Assembly: GCF_000012805.1 (NCBI RefSeq)
Contig: NC_007484.1
Location: 3,420,001 to 3,452,000 of the forward strand
Direction: 5' to 3'
Origin: Nitrosococcus oceani ATCC 19707
Lineage (GTDB): Bacteria; Pseudomonadota; Gammaproteobacteria; Nitrosococcales; Nitrosococcaceae
Length of the DNA: 32,000 nucleotides
Shown here: piece by piece, positions 28,481 through 32,000 of the stretch
Layout of the letters: every line of letters begins with the position of its first letter
How positions within the stretch are numbered: position 1 is the first letter of the stretch
The notes under the pieces: model-generated
The model's database searches: none
What the model was told of the DNA's origin: nothing
What the model saw: only the letters and a program-made list of their open reading frames with translations
Translations under genes and position numbers: made by a program

Positions 28481-28879
28481 ATGTCTCTCGGTTGGTTAGA
28501 AGACGTGGCTTGGAACAAGGAAGGACTTATCCCTGCGATTGCCCAGGAAGATCGCACCGGCCAAGTACTGATGCTCGCCTGGATGAACCGAGAAGCCTTA
28601 GAAACCACCGTACAATCAGGCTACGCGGTTTATTGGTCTCGATCCAGAAAGCGTTTATGGCGTAAGGGCGAGCAATCCGGGCACGAGCAGATCATTAAAG
28701 CTATTCATCTGGACTGCGATAGCGACGCGGTGCTTTTATTGGTCGAACAAAAGGGGGGAATGGCTTGTCATACTGGTCGTCATCGGTGCTTTTTCAAACG
28801 CTTAGAGAAAGGAAATTGGGCAAGTGTTGAACCCGTATTGAAATCTCCAGATAGCATCTACAATAACTCAGATGAATAA
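28481..28879 (+). CDS. hisI: phosphoribosyl-AMP cyclohydrolase
   Basis: 132 aa: [26 protein letters not shown]...[18 protein letters not shown]...DCDSDAVLL...ACHTG. Confidence 0.93.
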   Translation: MSLGWLEDVAWNKEGLIPAIAQEDRTGQVLMLAWMNREALETTVQSGYAVYWSRSRKRLWRKGEQSGHEQIIKAIHLDCDSDAVLLLVEQKGGMACHTGRHRCFFKRLEKGNWASVEPVLKSPDSIYNNSDE

Positions 28880-29186
28880 TACTCTTGAACGCCTTGCTAC
28901 ACTATTAGAGGAACGCAAAAATGCGGACCCGCAACACTCCTACGTGGCGCACCTTTACCAGGCCGGGCAAGATAAAATCCTCAAGAAACTAGGCGAAGAA
29001 GCAATTGAAACGATTTTGGCTGCCAAAAGCAGAGAATCAGATGCTATCATCTATGAAACCGCCGATTTATGGTTCCATAGTTTAGTCATGCTGGCCGAGA
29101 GCGGGCTCCGGCCGGAGCAAGTGCTCAGCGAATTAGAGCGGCGTTTTGGCTTATCAGGGCTGGAGGAGAAAGCAAATCGGGGGTAA
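28872..29186 (+). CDS. hisE: phosphoribosyl-ATP pyrophosphatase
   Basis: 104 aa: [40 protein letters not shown]...[11 protein letters not shown]. It overlaps hisI by 8 nt. Confidence 0.9.
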   Translation: MNNTLERLATLLEERKNADPQHSYVAHLYQAGQDKILKKLGEEAIETILAAKSRESDAIIYETADLWFHSLVMLAESGLRPEQVLSELERRFGLSGLEEKANRG

Positions 29187-29191
29187 AAACA

Positions 29192-29539
29192 ATGGCGATA
29201 GATCAAACAGATTGCATCTTTTGCAAAATTATAGAGGGCGAGCTGCCAGCAAAGGTGGTTTATGAAGATGACCAGGTGATTGCTTTTGAAGACATTCACC
29301 CTAAGGCAAAGATTCATTTGCTGCTAGTGCCCCGCAGTCATATTTCCAGCCTAGAACAACTAGAAGTCAAACATGAGGCGCTGATTAGTCATCTATTGCT
29401 ACTACTACCCGATCTGGCTCGCCGACAGGGCCTCCAGGACGGTTTCCGGACTATAATCAATACTGGACGGGGAGGCGGTCAAGAAGTGGATCATCTCCAT
29501 ATCCATTTGTTGGGTGGCAGCCAGCTACCAGGTTTTTAG
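29192..29539 (+). CDS. HIT-family (HinT-like) nucleotide hydrolase
   Basis: 115 aa: CIFCKIIEGELPAKVVYEDD and the histidine triad HLHIHLLGG. Confidence 0.9.
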   Translation: MAIDQTDCIFCKIIEGELPAKVVYEDDQVIAFEDIHPKAKIHLLLVPRSHISSLEQLEVKHEALISHLLLLLPDLARRQGLQDGFRTIINTGRGGGQEVDHLHIHLLGGSQLPGF

Positions 29540-29583
29540 GCTGACACATAGAATTTAAACAACTTAGAGCATGAAGCAAGACT

Positions 29584-29856
29584 ATGGGAGTGGGTGGAAT
29601 TAGTATTTGGCAGCTTCTTATTGTCTTAGTGATTATATTGCTGCTATTTGGTACCAAAAAGCTGCGCTCTATTGGCACAGATCTAGGCAGCGCCATAAAG
29701 GGCTTTCGTAATTCTTTACGCGATGAAGAGCGCCGTGATGCTGAGGAGGCAGCAACCATAGAGCATAAGCAAGCGCATAAAGCTGAAAATCCCTCCCAGA
29801 GGCAACAAGCCGATGCCGATTTCAAGATAAAATCCGGCAACGACGAGCACAAGTAA
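29584..29856 (+). CDS. tatA: Sec-independent protein translocase TatA
   Basis: [42 protein letters not shown]. Confidence 0.93.
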   Translation: MGVGGISIWQLLIVLVIILLLFGTKKLRSIGTDLGSAIKGFRNSLRDEERRDAEEAATIEHKQAHKAENPSQRQQADADFKIKSGNDEHK

Positions 29857-29874
29857 TTCTTACGCTGCTATTCT

Positions 29875-30165
29875 ATGTTTGATATCGGTTTCTGGGAAAT
29901 TTTAGTCATTTTAGTCATACTGCTAATCGTGGTGGGTCCAGAGCGGTTACCAGCAGTCGCCCGTACTACGGCGCTATGGATAAGGAAAGCACGCCGCTTC
30001 GTCTCCCAAGTCAAGCAAGAAGTAGAAGAAGAACTAAGGGCTGAAGAACTCCGCCAGTCGCTTGAAAAAAATAAAAACTTATTCGATCTAGACGAGACCA
30101 TTAGCGAAAAACCTACCCCCAAACCGAAGCCCTCCTATTCTAAAACACCCGATGACGGTACCTGA
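29875..30165 (+). CDS. tatB: Sec-independent protein translocase TatB
   Basis: [41 protein letters not shown]. Confidence 0.9.
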   Translation: MFDIGFWEILVILVILLIVVGPERLPAVARTTALWIRKARRFVSQVKQEVEEELRAEELRQSLEKNKNLFDLDETISEKPTPKPKPSYSKTPDDGT

Positions 30166-30904
30166 ATCCTCCGGCACTGAAGAACAGCCGCTGGTTTCCC
30201 ATCTCATGGAGCTGCGGAATCGTTTGCTTCGCAGCATTATCGTCATACTGGTCATAGCAGTCGTGCTCATGCCCTTTGCTAATGATCTGTACCACTTGCT
30301 CGCCCGCCCCCTCATGGCTCACTTGCCCGAGACAAACTCAATGATTGCCACCGAAGTGGCGGCCCCTTTCCTTACGCCCTTCAAATTAACCTTAGTAACT
30401 GCAATTATCCTCTCTGTTCCGGTGCTTCTATACCAGCTCTGGGCTTTTATTGCACCGGGCCTTTACCAAAATGAACGCCGTCTTATTTTGCCCCTATTAG
30501 CTTCCAGCACCCTCTTATTCTTTCTGGGGATAGCGTTTGCTTACTTTGTGGTTTTCCCGTTGATGTTCGGCTTCTTCACTCAGGCAACACCCGAGGATGT
30601 TGCCGTCATGACGGATATCAGCAAATATTTAGATTTTGTATTAACAATGTTTTTTGCCTTTGGACTTGCCTTTGAAGTGCCCGTAGCCACTGTATTACTC
30701 GTATGGACCGGAATTACTAACGTAGAGCGCCTCCAAGAAAAACGCCCTTATATCATTGTTGCTGCCTTTGTCTTTGGTATGCTACTGACACCCCCAGATA
30801 TTATCTCGCAAACCTTACTGGCTCTCCCCATGTGGCTTTTGTTCGAAACGGGATTATGGTTCTCCCGGCTGTTTACGCCGAAAAGCCCCCTAGAAGAAAA
30901 TTAA
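30152..30904 (+). CDS. tatC: Sec-independent protein translocase TatC
   Basis: 250 aa with six TM segments. [29 protein letters not shown] and [11 protein letters not shown] motifs. It overlaps tatB by 14 nt. Confidence 0.95.
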   Translation: MTVPESSGTEEQPLVSHLMELRNRLLRSIIVILVIAVVLMPFANDLYHLLARPLMAHLPETNSMIATEVAAPFLTPFKLTLVTAIILSVPVLLYQLWAFIAPGLYQNERRLILPLLASSTLLFFLGIAFAYFVVFPLMFGFFTQATPEDVAVMTDISKYLDFVLTMFFAFGLAFEVPVATVLLVWTGITNVERLQEKRPYIIVAAFVFGMLLTPPDIISQTLLALPMWLLFETGLWFSRLFTPKSPLEEN

Positions 30905-31248
30905 TCCACCTTTAGATAACGCATTCTAGTTCCATAGCATAAAGATAAGCTTATCTCCTCCGGTTTCAGTTCCAAGGGAAAATAAACTCCTGCAATGTGC
31001 GCGCCGTGAATACTTGCCCCTTCAAGCCGACTCGCTGAAAAATCAATACCCCTTAAATCCGCCTGGCGGAAATAGCTGCCGCTGAAATCTAAGCCTTCCG
31101 CTTTTAATCCTCGCAGATCGGCTTTGAGAAAATCACAATAGGTCAGGTCACAGCTTTCTCCACTTGCTACCCGGCAGTTGAATTCCTCAATTTCACCATT
31201 TCTCAGTAATAAATATAAGAGATCAGATTTAATTTGGGGTTCAGTCAT
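30901..31248 (-). CDS. pentapeptide-repeat protein
   Basis: Runs of A(D/N)LxG-type pentapeptides ([48 protein letters not shown]). The start is taken at MTEPQ, preceded by GAGG/AAGG. The track ORF starts 13 codons further upstream. Confidence 0.8.
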   Translation of the reverse strand: MTEPQIKSDLLYLLLRNGEIEEFNCRVASGESCDLTYCDFLKADLRGLKAEGLDFSGSYFRQADLRGIDFSASRLEGASIHGAHIAGVYFPLELKPEEISLSLCYGTRMRYLKVD

Positions 31249-31502
31249 CGCCTTAGCCTCTCGCATTTTACAACTCTTTAATAACAAACCCAGCTTGATG
31301 ATATCCCGCTTTGCAGAAAAGCAACTCTTAGCAAGCCATCATGGATTATTGGCCTGGTAACTAATCTAAGGCAGCAATTTATCAATCTGAATACGGCTAA
31401 CATTTACCGAATGCTTAAGTAAAGCTATGCTTAAATATAACACACAGCATTCAATAGCTTGCCATACTGAAAAAGCGGGTGAGCCTAATCTAGGAGACTA
31501 AA

Positions 31503-31715
31503 ATGTATCTAAAGCATACGACTTCTTCTGATCTGATAGAAATTCTTAATATCAAAGAATTAATCGATCCCTCTAGAGGAAGCATCACTGGCCGTTCGCA
31601 CGTAGGAGAAGAAATGCAAGAACCCGCTTCTTTCCAGAAAAGAGAGCTTATTTTCCCCTCTGGAGAAATGTTGCCTCAATGCTGGATTGACCCGGATTAT
31701 AAGAAAAAAATGTAG
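31503..31715 (+). CDS. conserved hypothetical small protein (70 aa)
   Basis: The ATG is preceded by a GGAG SD. The composition is soluble-protein-like (MYLKHTTSSDLIEILNIKELIDP...GEEMQEPASF...LPQCWIDPDY) and a terminator hairpin follows. I cannot name a family with confidence. Confidence 0.55.
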   Translation: MYLKHTTSSDLIEILNIKELIDPSRGSITGRSHVGEEMQEPASFQKRELIFPSGEMLPQCWIDPDYKKKM

Positions 31716-31741
31716 TCCAGAAAGCAGCTTCTTCAAAGACT

Positions 31742-31776
31742 AAAAGGGTTATGTGTTTTGCGTAGCCCTTTTTTAT
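31742..31776 (+). terminator. intrinsic terminator after the 70-aa ORF
   Basis: Stem AAGGGTTA/TAGCCCTT (one G-T pair), 11-nt loop, then TTTTATT. Confidence 0.55.
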
Positions 31777-32000
31777 TCATTCACTGGCTTTAAACTTGGA
31801 CTAAATGAAAAAAACCGTGCTGGCGCCATACTGTGGGAATAACGACGCAACCATTGCTATCATTTTACCCTTCTAGCTTCGCTAGTTCGCATCAAATTAT
31901 ATCGATTCTTTCACTGCTTACCTGTCGCTATCTTTATTGTAGGTGGCTAATTTTTAAAAGCTAAGCTACGCTTTTGTCAAAGTTTGTGCCAAAATGGTTT

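Noticed and set aside
29457-30322. Minus-strand ORFs opposite HIT/tatA/tatB/tatC (29457-29852, 29868-30122, 30088-30315, 30140-30322)
   Set aside because: They are antisense to well-supported tat genes and have no independent signals.
31801-31863. 20-codon minus-strand ORF (MIAMVASLFPQYGASTVFFI) with an AAGGG SD-like sequence near the right end of the window
   Set aside because: It is too short and lacks context, because the neighbouring gene would lie outside the window. I cannot distinguish it from chance.

Overview
Chromosomal window of about 50% GC (judged by eye) from a gammaproteobacterium. A Chromatiales/Nitrosococcus-like origin is only my unverified guess. Most of the window is core housekeeping: MFS-ssb; tRNA-Pro/ispB; rplU-rpmA-obg-proB; rpsT; murJ; a complete aa3-type cytochrome c oxidase plus biogenesis cluster (cyt c, cyt c, DUF2244, coxB, coxA, cox11, coxC, DUF2909, SURF1, SCO-like, COX15, cyoE); hisBHAFIE-HIT-tatABC; a pentapeptide-repeat gene; and a small conserved ORF. 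The only accessory segment runs from about 1.19 to 9.06 kb, between ssb and the 3' end of tRNA-Pro(CGG). It holds an IS630-family element whose transposase is split at an A8 run, a coiled-coil ORF with no credible start, a small HTH-like ORF, and a type I R-M operon hsdR-hsdM-hsdS. In that operon hsdM carries a 1-nt frameshift, and it is followed by a frameshifted, truncated P-loop ATPase stub. There is no integrase, CRISPR array or rRNA. I do not see an intact, clearly novel multi-gene system. The items most worth checking are the decaying R-M island with its two uncharacterised small ORFs, an untracked 44-codon membrane ORF translationally coupled to cox11, and two long perfect palindromes flanking the single opposite-strand gene of the cox cluster.
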